A stretch of 64,000 bases of DNA from Bacteroidia bacterium (GCA_030639005.1 DAOWDN010000091.1:15110-79109); one strand, 5' to 3'; counted from the first letter of the stretch, positions 9,255-18,680 are shown. The notes: generated by a model not told the origin, from the letters alone. Program-made: numbers and translations.

Positions 9255-9262
9255 TATTTTTG
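9255..9262 (+). promoter_or_regulatory. candidate Bacteroidota -7 promoter box (TATTTTTG = TAnnTTTG)
   Basis: Matches TAnnTTTG. It lies 26 bp upstream of the PiT ATG and 28 bp downstream of the direct-repeat box. Confidence 0.35.
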
Positions 9263-9287
9263 AACCTTAACCTAACAATTACTTTAC

Positions 9288-11552
9288 ATGGAGGCGTATT
9301 ACATTCTTATCGTAGGTGTTCTCTTTCTTCTGGCCATCTCTGACCTGATCGTAGGGGTAAGCAATGATGCTGTGAATTTCCTTAATTCGGCCATTGGATC
9401 CAAAGCCGCACCATTTAAAATCATCCTGGCCATTGCGGCCGCTGGTGTCCTTGTGGGGGCTGTTTTTTCCAACGGGATGATGGAGGTGGCCCGAAAAGGG
9501 ATCTTCAATCCGGAATTTTTCGCCTTCAATGAGATCATGGTTATTTTCCTGGCAGTGATGCTCACCGATATCCTGCTTCTCGATTTCTTCAACACCATTG
9601 GTCTGCCCACTTCGACCACTGTCTCCATCGTGTTTGAGATCCTCGGGTCGGCAGTGGCTGTTTCGATCTACAAATTCACAAGAAGCACAGAAGTTGTCCA
9701 TGAGATGAGCGACTACATCAATGTGGAGAGTTCAGTGATGATTATCGTTGGAATATTCCTCTCCGTGATCATCGCCTTTTCGGTAGGAATGATTATTCAA
9801 TGGATTGTCAGGCTCGCCTTCTCGTTTAATGTGAAAAAAACATACAAATACTGGACCGGTGTCTGGGGTGGTTTCGCCATCACCGCCATCCTCTATTTCT
9901 TGTTAATCAAAGGAGCCAAGGGATCGACCCTGGTGTCGGCCGAAATGCTCACATTCATTAAAGCAAATACCACTAGAATGTTGTTGTTCAGTCTTGTGGG
10001 CTGGACTGCACTGTTCCAGGTGCTGATCCTGTTTACACGGGTCAATATATTGAAAATCACCGTACTGGTGGGAACCTTTGCGCTGGCCATGGCCTTTGCA
10101 GGAAACGACCTGGTAAACTTCATCGGGGTACCCCTGGCAGGTTTTGAATCGTTCAAAGCATTCATGGCCTCAGGGAGTGCCGAGCCGGGAAGTTTCCTGA
10201 TGAACGCATTGCGTGAGCCGGTAATTACCCCCATCTATTTCCTGATAGCTGCCGGTTTGATAATGGTAATGACGCTGCGCTTCTCCAAAAAAGCGAAGTC
10301 GGTGACCGCAACTACCCTCGATTTGAGCAGACAGGGTGAAGGCTCGGAACGCTTCGCCTCCTCCTCACTGGCAAGGTTCATTGTCAGAAGATCAGTTGAG
10401 ATGAGTAATGGGATAGGAAAGATCAGTCCCGCTGTCGCCACCAGGTTTGTTCAGGCCCGTTTCGATGCAGAAAGTCACCGCGATGAGAAGCAGGAGGGCC
10501 TTGCTTTTGACCTGGTCCGCGCTTCGGTGAACCTTGTTGTAGCGAGTATATTGATCGCCATAGGTACTTCATTAAAACTTCCTCTTTCCACCACCTATGT
10601 TACATTTATGGTGGCCATGGGAACCTCTCTGGCCGATGGTGCCTGGGGAAGGGAGAGTGCCGTGTACCGCATTACCGGAGTGCTGACAGTCATAGGGGGC
10701 TGGTTCTTTACAGCTTTCAGTGCTTTCCTGGCTTCCTTCCTGATCGCTTCGCTGATCTTCTTCGGAAAACTGCCGGTGATCCTGATCCTGATAGTACTTT
10801 CCATCTTCATACTTCTTAGAACGCACGCTTTCCACAAAAGAAGAGCAGAGAAGCAGGTGCTGATCGACAGCAAGATCATTACCGCTTCCTATGAAGTGCT
10901 GAAATCGTGTGATGATGAAGTGAGGAGTTCCATTATTAAAGTATCCAAAATTCTCTACCTGACCTATACCAACCTGTTCAAGGAGAAACATAAGGAACTC
11001 AAAAACCTGAAGAAGGAAACAAAACATTTAACCAAGGACATCAAAGTGATCGTGGAGAATATTCCTGATACACTGAATAAATTCAAAGAGACCGAGCTCG
11101 CCAGCGGCCACCACTATGTCCAGGTAGTGGCTTATATGAAGGAGATGAGCTATTCACTGATGCATATTGTGCAACCTGCCTTCAACCACCTGGATAACAA
11201 CCATCCGCTGGACAAAGAGCAGGTCGATACATTGAAAAACTTTAATGAAAAAGCCAGTGAATTCTTCAATTTTGTGATAAACATATTGAAGAACAGGAAT
11301 TACGAAAGCATTGATGAACTGGTGCTGCGCCGGGATGAGATGATTAACCTGGCCAATGATATTCTGCTCCACCGAATCAAGATTCTTAAGAAGACCCAAA
11401 AAGGGGTCAAATTGAGTATCACCTACATGGAGATGCTGTCGGAGACCAAGAGCCTGTTCCTGAATGTGGTACAGCTGGTAAAAGCAGATTCGCAGCTTCA
11501 GGATTCGCTGGGCAAAGGGGAAGCAGATATTGATATGGAGGTACTTGATTAA
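9288..11552 (+). CDS. inorganic phosphate transporter (PiT/PHO4 family) with long helical, possibly PhoU-like, C-terminal extension
   Basis: 754 aa. GVSNDAVNFLNSAIGSKAA and a second ..GNDLVNFIGVPLAG.. are the duplicated PiT signature. The last ~230 aa are soluble and helical. Confidence 0.75.
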   Translation: MEAYYILIVGVLFLLAISDLIVGVSNDAVNFLNSAIGSKAAPFKIILAIAAAGVLVGAVFSNGMMEVARKGIFNPEFFAFNEIMVIFLAVMLTDILLLDFFNTIGLPTSTTVSIVFEILGSAVAVSIYKFTRSTEVVHEMSDYINVESSVMIIVGIFLSVIIAFSVGMIIQWIVRLAFSFNVKKTYKYWTGVWGGFAITAILYFLLIKGAKGSTLVSAEMLTFIKANTTRMLLFSLVGWTALFQVLILFTRVNILKITVLVGTFALAMAFAGNDLVNFIGVPLAGFESFKAFMASGSAEPGSFLMNALREPVITPIYFLIAAGLIMVMTLRFSKKAKSVTATTLDLSRQGEGSERFASSSLARFIVRRSVEMSNGIGKISPAVATRFVQARFDAESHRDEKQEGLAFDLVRASVNLVVASILIAIGTSLKLPLSTTYVTFMVAMGTSLADGAWGRESAVYRITGVLTVIGGWFFTAFSAFLASFLIASLIFFGKLPVILILIVLSIFILLRTHAFHKRRAEKQVLIDSKIITASYEVLKSCDDEVRSSIIKVSKILYLTYTNLFKEKHKELKNLKKETKHLTKDIKVIVENIPDTLNKFKETELASGHHYVQVVAYMKEMSYSLMHIVQPAFNHLDNNHPLDKEQVDTLKNFNEKASEFFNFVINILKNRNYESIDELVLRRDEMINLANDILLHRIKILKKTQKGVKLSITYMEMLSETKSLFLNVVQLVKADSQLQDSLGKGEADIDMEVLD

Positions 11553-11567
11553 ACGGGGAAGCGGGGA

Positions 11568-12269
11568 TCAGTACATCACATATTTGTAACCAATCCCCTT
11601 TACTGTCTGGATATATTTATCACCCAGTTTCTCCCTTAGTTTGCGGATATGTACATCTATGGTGCGGTCGCCTACCACTATGTTCTCATCCCAAACCCGG
11701 TCGAATATCTCCTCCCTGGTAAATACTTTCTCTGGTTTGGAGATCAGCAGGGAGAGCAGTTCAAACTCTTTTCTTGGAAGGGTGATGTCTTTTCCCTTTT
11801 TCACCACCAGGTACCGCTCTTTATCGACCACCAATTCTCCCGATACGATCTTATTTACAGAACCTGAATTGGCATCTTCAATCGTCACACTCCGGCGTTT
11901 CAGCAAGGCTTTCACCCTGCTTACCAGCACCTTGGGCTTGATGGGCTTGGTGATATAATCATCTCCTCCTGCCTCGAAACCTGCGATCTGGGAGTAGTCC
12001 TCTCCCCTGGCGGTTAAAAATGCCACCAGTGTGTTCTCCAGGTTTTCGGTGGACCTGATCTCCTCGCAGGCAGCAATGCCATCCATCTCCGGCATCATCA
12101 CATCCATCAGGACCAGATGAGGCTTAATCTCTTTAGATAACCGGACGGCCTCTTTTCCATTGGAGGCTGTGTAAATATGAAAGCCTTCATTCCTGAGGTT
12201 GTAACTCAGAAATTCGAGGATGTCCTTTTCATCATCCACAAGCAATATCTTGTAGTCACTCCAGTTCAT
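11568..12269 (-). CDS. OmpR/PhoB-family response regulator (receiver plus winged-helix); no kinase gene adjacent
   Basis: 233 aa. The receiver is ILLVDDEKDILEF..LVLMDVMMPEMDG.. and the winged helix is ..LPRKEFELLSLL..TIDVHIRKLREKL...GIGYK. Confidence 0.9.
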   Translation of the reverse strand: MNWSDYKILLVDDEKDILEFLSYNLRNEGFHIYTASNGKEAVRLSKEIKPHLVLMDVMMPEMDGIAACEEIRSTENLENTLVAFLTARGEDYSQIAGFEAGGDDYITKPIKPKVLVSRVKALLKRRSVTIEDANSGSVNKIVSGELVVDKERYLVVKKGKDITLPRKEFELLSLLISKPEKVFTREEIFDRVWDENIVVGDRTIDVHIRKLREKLGDKYIQTVKGIGYKYVMY

Positions 12270-12366
12270 TGGTTCTCTGAAAATTGATTGTACATCTTTC
12301 GACGAATTTACACCAAAAAATTAGGTTCTGAAAACCTTGCCCCATGCCCTCAGAGGCAGTGTAAAT

Positions 12367-12384
12367 TTAATGTTAAGATAATGT
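12367..12384 (-). promoter_or_regulatory. second copy of the Pho-box-like direct repeat (ACATTAT-CTTA-ACATTAA on the minus strand)
   Basis: Located in the divergent regulator/porin intergenic region. It matches the 9210-9227 box at 17 of 18 positions. Confidence 0.45.
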
Positions 12385-12476
12385 TAGCTGAATAAAAAAT
12401 TTAACGGCCGGTTAGTGGTAACTTTATATTAAATTAATCCGATTTCTTATCATTGTGGTGTTTTAATTATCTTCCT

Positions 12477-13472
12477 ATGAAACAGCTTAGTATCCTTGTG
12501 GTCATCCTTTCGGTGATGCCCATAGTCAGAAGTCAGGACACCATTCCGGATCCACCAAAACCGGGAACGGTTTCAGCCAGGATCTTCACCCACTTTAACT
12601 ACAGCCTCGACCGGGACAATCCGGCCACTGCATTTGAGGTGAGACGTGCCTATTTTGGCTATACACGTGAGCTTGACAGCCATTTCTCCGCCGAGGTGCA
12701 GCTGGACATTGGCAGCGTGGACGATCAGTCAGAATTCAGCCTGATCAGGCGTTATACCTACTTTAAGAATGCCTACCTGAGTTACAAAACCGGGAACATC
12801 AAAACCTGGTTCGGTCTGATGGACATGCTTCAGTTTAATTTGCAGGAGAAGTTCTGGGGATACCGTTACCTCTACAGGTCCTACCTGGATGAGTACCGGT
12901 TCGGATCCAGTGCCGACCTGGGGGCCGGAATCCAGTACTCCCCTACCAAACATTTCACAGCCGACCTGGTCCTGAGTAACGGGGAAGGATATAAAAATCT
13001 TCAGTTTGACAATGCATACAGGATTGGAGCTGGAGTGACCCTTCAGCCCACACCGCGACTGACCCTGAGAACCTACTATACCATTCATACCAGTGAAGTG
13101 CACCAGATGATCTTCTCGGGCTTCGTAGGGTACAGAATGAACAGGCTGAGGATCGGAGGAGAATACAACCACCAGCTGAATTACAAATTCAACGATGGAC
13201 ACGACAGGTACGGCTACTCCATATACTCCACCTATATGTTCTCTGACAAATGGGAGGTGTTTGCCAGGTACGACCAGCTTTACTCCAATATCCTTCCGGA
13301 AGATGATGTTCCCTGGAACCTGGCCAGGGACGGAAGTGCCATCATCAGCGGAGTTCAGTTTACCCCCATCGAATATATCCATATGTCGCTGAATTACCAG
13401 GACTGGGTGGAGTTTGCCGAGAATGGAGGCTCTGCACCCTATCTCTACCTGAACATTGAAATCCTATTTTAA
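12477..13472 (+). CDS. porin (possibly phosphate-selective porin O/P-like)
   Basis: The track ORF starts at TTG 12453. ATG 12477 gives the signal peptide MKQLSILVVILSVMPIVRSQ. The body is beta-rich, has the ..FEVRRAYFGY.. motif, and ends ..NIEILF. Confidence 0.6.
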   Translation: MKQLSILVVILSVMPIVRSQDTIPDPPKPGTVSARIFTHFNYSLDRDNPATAFEVRRAYFGYTRELDSHFSAEVQLDIGSVDDQSEFSLIRRYTYFKNAYLSYKTGNIKTWFGLMDMLQFNLQEKFWGYRYLYRSYLDEYRFGSSADLGAGIQYSPTKHFTADLVLSNGEGYKNLQFDNAYRIGAGVTLQPTPRLTLRTYYTIHTSEVHQMIFSGFVGYRMNRLRIGGEYNHQLNYKFNDGHDRYGYSIYSTYMFSDKWEVFARYDQLYSNILPEDDVPWNLARDGSAIISGVQFTPIEYIHMSLNYQDWVEFAENGGSAPYLYLNIEILF

Positions 13473-13486
13473 TCCCGCGGCCACCT

Positions 13487-14815
13487 ATGAGACAAAGTTT
13501 AACATTTCTTACAGTTCTAACACTTCTAAGCACTTTTTCGGCGTGCCGTAAAAGTGCTTACATCATCGAAGAGGTAGAATCCATCACCGACATGGGCGGT
13601 GGAACCGGGACCGTTACCTGGAGCAATGATAAAGATTACCTGATCAACGGTTTTGTCTTTGTCAATGACGGGCAGACCCTTACCATAGAGGCCGGAACAG
13701 TAATACGGGGCCGCACCGGGCAGGGAAGCCTTGCCAGCGGACTGATCGTAGCCAGGGGAGGCACCATCATTGCAGAAGGCACCCAGATCAATCCCATTAT
13801 ATTTACTGTGGAGGGAGACGACCTTCAAGGGAGTGTGCCCATTGAGGCCCGGGGACTCTGGGGTGGTCTGATTATCCTGGGAAATGCCACCATCAATACC
13901 GAATCGGGGGAGGATATGATCGAAGGGATTCCCATCAGTGAACCCCGGGGGATCTACGGCGGTTACGACGATGATGACAACTCAGGGATTCTTCGTTATG
14001 TCTCAATCAGGCACGGCGGAACCAATATCGGGGAAGGAAACGAGATCAACGGGCTAACCCTGGGAGCTGTGGGGCGACAGACCATCATCGATCATGTGGA
14101 GGTAATTGCCAATGCAGATGACGGGGTGGAATTTTTCGGGGGTACTGTGAACTGTAAAAATCTGGTAGTTGCCTTTTGCGGTGACGACGCCTTTGATCTG
14201 GATCAGGGATACCGCGGGAAGGGCCAGTTCTGGCTGGGCATCCATAATAATGATAAATGTTTAGAGATAACAGGCGGTTTACAACCAGTACAGTTACTTA
14301 CTGAATGTCAGACAATTATCTATAATGCCACCCTGATCCACAGCCATCTTTCATCCATAGCCGTACCGGTTCATTTTCTCCAGTATGGCGGGGGGTACCT
14401 GAGGAACTCCATCATTCTCAATCCCATGGATGGGGTTGCTCTTCGATATTCGGATAAACCGGGTGATACCTGGTCACTGTTTCAATCCGGTCGATTGGCA
14501 CTGGAAAACAACATCCTCTATCCGGGGTCCGGTCCCACCACTGCATATCATACCTATTCGGAGCTTGGAGAGGATCTAACTGAAGAAAACCAACAGCTCG
14601 CAGATTCAACCCTGGCATGGCAAACCAGCTTTGAAGATCCCGGGATCTCGGACCTGGACGGATTTACCCTGCTACCCCCAACCACCGAGTTTGAGAACAT
14701 GGCTCCCTATGAGTGTGATTGGTTGGAGGAGGTTACCTACAAGGGTAGTTTCGGATCCAATCTCTGGATCGCGGGGTGGACCCTTCTTTACGAATCTGGT
14801 TATATCAACGACTGA
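13487..14815 (+). CDS. lipoprotein of unknown function, probably right-handed beta-helix-like
   Basis: 442 aa with the lipobox LLSTFSAC. Repetitive G/N/I-rich turns (GLWGGLIILGNATIN, GILRYVSIRHGG, EINGLTLGAVG, DDGVEFFGGTVNC, GDDAFDLDQGYRG) are present. It starts 14 bp after the porin gene. Confidence 0.5.
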   Translation: MRQSLTFLTVLTLLSTFSACRKSAYIIEEVESITDMGGGTGTVTWSNDKDYLINGFVFVNDGQTLTIEAGTVIRGRTGQGSLASGLIVARGGTIIAEGTQINPIIFTVEGDDLQGSVPIEARGLWGGLIILGNATINTESGEDMIEGIPISEPRGIYGGYDDDDNSGILRYVSIRHGGTNIGEGNEINGLTLGAVGRQTIIDHVEVIANADDGVEFFGGTVNCKNLVVAFCGDDAFDLDQGYRGKGQFWLGIHNNDKCLEITGGLQPVQLLTECQTIIYNATLIHSHLSSIAVPVHFLQYGGGYLRNSIILNPMDGVALRYSDKPGDTWSLFQSGRLALENNILYPGSGPTTAYHTYSELGEDLTEENQQLADSTLAWQTSFEDPGISDLDGFTLLPPTTEFENMAPYECDWLEEVTYKGSFGSNLWIAGWTLLYESGYIND

Positions 14816-14836
14816 CCTCTCTGAGCAGCATACTGT

Positions 14837-16354
14837 TTACGTCCTGTGTTCCTTTCGGTTCAGATCAAATACGGTTTTTACAGGTGAGAAAGTGTCGATG
14901 GGAACCTCCACAAAAAGAGTCAGCCAGCGGGCCATGGCCCCGTTCCAGAGTCCAGGTAATTCAAGGGCTTTGAGTGACTTCCCGGCCACCGATTTTTCTG
15001 AAATAAATCCGGAATTCTGGTCCACATAGCGGATCAGGTTGAATTTTTTTCCCTGGTAATCACGAATGCTGCACACCAGGTCGACCGGATTAAAGTGGGT
15101 CGACTCATTTAGCTGCAATGCCTTCTCCGGATCCTCCATATCGATCTGAGAAGACTCTACGATCTGCAGCGACATTTCTCCCGATTCGGAACGCACGTAG
15201 AAGGGTCCGCCGCCCGGTTCACCCTCGTTCCGGACCATCCCACAAACCCTGATCGGCCGGTTCATGGTGCTTATCAACCACTTTCTGAGTTCTGAAGCAT
15301 CCCACTGCTCAAGTATGTCGGGTATAGCAATACCCAGTCGATCATGCAGGTAGTTCACCATGTGATCCATGCGGGTCTTCTCCACCTTCTCGTCCCCTGT
15401 CAGTTGCTGCAGGTAATAAAACACTTTGGAGCGGATCTCAAGCAATACCCCACCCAGCACCTGCTTGTGTTTTACCCTTACATTCTTTCGGGAATCAGGC
15501 GCCACGTTATCTATGTTGCTGATAAAGACCAGGTCGGAGTCGAGAGCATCCAGGTTCCGTATCAGGGCTCCATGTCCGGCGGGTCTGAAAAGCAGGGAAC
15601 CATCGTTGTTGCGGAATGGTTCGTTGTCCAGATCCACAGCAATGGTATCGGTTTCCGGCTTCTGAAATGAGAAAGAGAGATCGAAAATGAATCCTGTCTC
15701 CTTTTCAATCAGCGGCAGGATCCTGGCTGCCTCTGTCTGGAATCCATCCAGGTGATCGGGCGAAACCGTCAGGTGAATTCTTACCATCCCTTCCCGGTTT
15801 CCACAATACTTAACTGCTTCGCGCACATGCTCCTCAAATGCGGTTCTGCGGTCCTTTTCACTGTATTTATGAAATTTCAGAAGTCCTTTGGGTTTATTCC
15901 CGTAATTCAGTCCCTCTTCTCCAAGCACCTGCCGGAGAATCTCAGCAGGCGTTGTCTTCTCCTGCAGACTAAGATCTTCGTAAAAAGGATATTTCTCCAG
16001 CTTCCTGAAAAAACGATTTAACTCCTTGTTCCCTTCAATCCACTCCTCCTGCTTTGCCAGTGATTTCCCTTCCAGCTCTTCCTGTGCACCAAACAGCGTT
16101 TTAAACATACGTGTTGCCGCACCTGATGCAGGAATAAAACGGATGATCCTGAAGTCGGGAGCATTATCGAGAAAAACATCCAGGAAATGTTTCTCGTCCC
16201 CCTCTGAAATTACAAGAATACCCTTTCCGGGAGTGGCCGGCATGGTGATATCTGAAGGAGGAAATCCCTGCTTGAAATGTTTGATCTGTCGGTTGATCTC
16301 ATCTATATGGATCCCTTTGGAACGGATCTGCTGAAGGTCTTTCTGGCTGAACAT
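14837..16354 (-). CDS. DUF4301 family protein (nucleotidyltransferase-like)
   Basis: 505 aa. The N-terminus MFSQKDLQQIRSKGI..I.RQIKHFKQGFP and ..FIPASGAATRMFK.. are recognised as DUF4301-type. Confidence 0.65.
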   Translation of the reverse strand: MFSQKDLQQIRSKGIHIDEINRQIKHFKQGFPPSDITMPATPGKGILVISEGDEKHFLDVFLDNAPDFRIIRFIPASGAATRMFKTLFGAQEELEGKSLAKQEEWIEGNKELNRFFRKLEKYPFYEDLSLQEKTTPAEILRQVLGEEGLNYGNKPKGLLKFHKYSEKDRRTAFEEHVREAVKYCGNREGMVRIHLTVSPDHLDGFQTEAARILPLIEKETGFIFDLSFSFQKPETDTIAVDLDNEPFRNNDGSLLFRPAGHGALIRNLDALDSDLVFISNIDNVAPDSRKNVRVKHKQVLGGVLLEIRSKVFYYLQQLTGDEKVEKTRMDHMVNYLHDRLGIAIPDILEQWDASELRKWLISTMNRPIRVCGMVRNEGEPGGGPFYVRSESGEMSLQIVESSQIDMEDPEKALQLNESTHFNPVDLVCSIRDYQGKKFNLIRYVDQNSGFISEKSVAGKSLKALELPGLWNGAMARWLTLFVEVPIDTFSPVKTVFDLNRKEHRT

Positions 16355-16396
16355 GATATGGCGTTTTCATTATAACGCCATCAAGATAAAAAAGTT

Positions 16397-16972
16397 TCAG
16401 ATTTTTACCCCGTTTTTTCCCGCCTTAAGCGCCTTGATATTCAGCATTACCACATCCTCCCCTTTTCTTCTGAAAAGCGTATCCAGTGCACCTTCCAGGC
16501 TTTCCTGGGTGAGGCCCAGGTAGTCTGAGGCAGCTCCAAGCATCACGATGTTGGAGACTTTCTGTGACCCGATTTCCCTGGCAATGGCAAAAGCATCGAT
16601 GATGACATGGTTCTGAAGCTTCCTGATCTCCGCAAACAGGTCATCTTCCGGGGGGTAGTCATCAATGTTCTTAAAAGTCCTGCTGCTGGTCACCACCCAT
16701 CCCTCTTTTGCCAGGAAGGGAAGATAACGCAAGGCCTCCATGGGCTCCACAGAGAGGATCATATCACAGTTGCCTTCCGGTATCAGGTCAGAAGCAATGG
16801 GCGAATCAGCAATTCTAAGGTGTGACTGAACTGCACCGCCACGCTGACTCATGCCATGCACCTCAGCCTGCTTCAGGTAGAGTCCCGACTCAACCGCAGC
16901 CATCCCTATCACCGCAGCGATGGAGAGAATTCCCTGTCCCCCTACCCCTGCCAGTATAATATCCCTTTTCAT
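16397..16972 (-). CDS. iorB: indolepyruvate ferredoxin oxidoreductase, beta subunit
   Basis: MKRDIILAGVGGQGILS.. from ATG 16972. The track ORF is extended upstream into iorA. The gene follows iorA. Confidence 0.85.
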   Translation of the reverse strand: MKRDIILAGVGGQGILSIAAVIGMAAVESGLYLKQAEVHGMSQRGGAVQSHLRIADSPIASDLIPEGNCDMILSVEPMEALRYLPFLAKEGWVVTSSRTFKNIDDYPPEDDLFAEIRKLQNHVIIDAFAIAREIGSQKVSNIVMLGAASDYLGLTQESLEGALDTLFRRKGEDVVMLNIKALKAGKNGVKI

Positions 16973-16982
16973 ACTTTTAGCT

Positions 16983-18587
16983 TTAGACTTTTGACTTTTG
17001 ACTTTTAAGACGGCGAGAAGCCGTTTGAATACACTCCCGTTGGGCAATGATTACAGATACTCCATTGTATTCCAGCTCCTCCGACACCATCTTCCGATTC
17101 TCTTCATGATGTTTTCGCAGAGGATTCATCTCCCTGATGTGCTCCTTTTCTACTCCAAGCCCCCTGCATATATCCACCAGCCGGTTGGTGGCATGCGACT
17201 GCTGTCCTCCGGTCATCCCGGTGGTGGAATTGTCAGAGATAATTACGGTAACGGGCGTCTTCTCTACCACTGCATCCAGTAAACCGGTCATGCCTGAATG
17301 GGTAAAGGTGGAATCTCCTATGACAGCCACCGAGGGACGAATACCGGCATCCGATGCCCCCTTGGCCATGGTCACCGAAGCACCCATATCCACACAGGAG
17401 TTGATGGCATTATAGGGTGGAAGAGCTCCCAGTGTATAACAACCAATGTCTGAGAACACCCTTCCAGGCCCATAGGGCTCCAGGGCCTCTCCCAGCGCAT
17501 TGTACATATCGATGTGACTGCAACCCTTGCAGAGGGCCGGGGGCCTGTTCTTCACTATACCCGGAACCTCCCGGGCAGGCTCTACGGTGACTCCCAGGGC
17601 CAGTTTCACCAGTGAGGGTGTTAGCTCTCCATCCCTGGGGAGCAAACCATCCAGCCGGCCGTTGATCCGATAGCTGTTCTCCAGGACGCCAACCAGCGAC
17701 TCCTCCAGCAAGGGGGCACCCTCCTCCAGCACAACCACACGGTCCACCTGCTGCACAAATTGGTTCAACATCTTTGCAGATACAGGGTACTGTGAGATCT
17801 TCAGCACAGGGTGATTCAGTCCCGCCTCACCAGCCACCTCTCTGTAATAGTTATAGGCCAGTCCGCATGCAATCACCCCTGTGGAGCTATCTTTCCCCTC
17901 CTCCAGCCTGTTCAGACCTGAATTTTCGCCCTCTTGCTCAAGCTTATCCTGGGTGGAAAGCAGCATCTTGTACCTCTTTCTTGCATTGGCTGGCAACAGA
18001 ATAAACTGCTTCAGATCGGATGGAAATTTAACAGGATTCTCCTCCCGGTTTGCTTTCCGCTCCACCGAAGAACGTGAGTGGGCCAGCCGGGTGGTAATTC
18101 TAAGCATAACAGGCAGGGCATACTTCTCCGACAGGTCGAAACCGTAACGGGTCATTTCGTACGCCTCCTGCTGGGTGGACGGCTCCAGTACCGGAACCAT
18201 GGAAAACTTGCCGTAGAACCTGGAATCCTGTTCATTTTGCGAAGAGTGCATGGATGGATCGTCTGCCACCACCACCACAAGACCTCCATTCACACCGGTC
18301 ATCCCGGCATTGATGAATGCATCGGCTGCCACATTAAGCCCCACATGTTTCATACAAACAAGAGCACGTTTGCCGGCATAGGACATCCCCAACCCCGCTT
18401 CCATGGCAGTCTTCTCATTGGCCGACCATTGTGCGTGTACTTTTCGCTCCTGCGCCTCTTTCGACTTCTGTATATACTCGGTTATTTCTGTGGAGGGTGT
18501 ACCCGGGTATGCATATACACCCGAAAGGCCTGCATCCAGTGCTCCCTGACCAATGGCTTCGTCTCCCAATAATACAAATCTGGACAT
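16983..18587 (-). CDS. iorA: indolepyruvate ferredoxin oxidoreductase, alpha subunit
   Basis: MSRFVLLGDEAIGQGALDAGLSGVYAYPGTPSTEI.., TPP-binding ..GDSTFTHSG.., and ..CKGCSH.. are present. ATG at 18587; the track uses TTG at 18593. Confidence 0.9.
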   Translation of the reverse strand: MSRFVLLGDEAIGQGALDAGLSGVYAYPGTPSTEITEYIQKSKEAQERKVHAQWSANEKTAMEAGLGMSYAGKRALVCMKHVGLNVAADAFINAGMTGVNGGLVVVVADDPSMHSSQNEQDSRFYGKFSMVPVLEPSTQQEAYEMTRYGFDLSEKYALPVMLRITTRLAHSRSSVERKANREENPVKFPSDLKQFILLPANARKRYKMLLSTQDKLEQEGENSGLNRLEEGKDSSTGVIACGLAYNYYREVAGEAGLNHPVLKISQYPVSAKMLNQFVQQVDRVVVLEEGAPLLEESLVGVLENSYRINGRLDGLLPRDGELTPSLVKLALGVTVEPAREVPGIVKNRPPALCKGCSHIDMYNALGEALEPYGPGRVFSDIGCYTLGALPPYNAINSCVDMGASVTMAKGASDAGIRPSVAVIGDSTFTHSGMTGLLDAVVEKTPVTVIISDNSTTGMTGGQQSHATNRLVDICRGLGVEKEHIREMNPLRKHHEENRKMVSEELEYNGVSVIIAQRECIQTASRRLKSQKSKV

Positions 18588-18609
18588 GAACAACAGCTTT
18601 TGTGATGCT

Positions 18610-18617
18610 CAAAATTA
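18610..18617 (-). promoter_or_regulatory. candidate -7 promoter box (TAATTTTG on minus strand) for iorAB
   Basis: Matches TAnnTTTG and lies about 23 nt upstream of the iorA ATG. Confidence 0.3.
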
Positions 18618-18680
18618 TATAAAATAAGTACGGCTATTTGCTATTCTAAAACATGCATGTACAAGCTGCCAGGGTGACAT

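Noticed and set aside
12453-12476. N-terminal extensions produced by TTG or GTG starts in the ORF track
   Set aside because: This example is the porin. The others are iorB 16973-17047, iorA 18588-18593, hisG 43346-43399, hisH, hisD, hisIE, YihY 44900-44977, TlpA 44962-44982, pepD 56718-56765, HD 58025-58057, the sensor 34443-34463 and the ABC ATPase 48553-48615. In each case a downstream ATG gives the conserved family N-terminus or a proper signal peptide, and removes overlaps with neighbouring genes.
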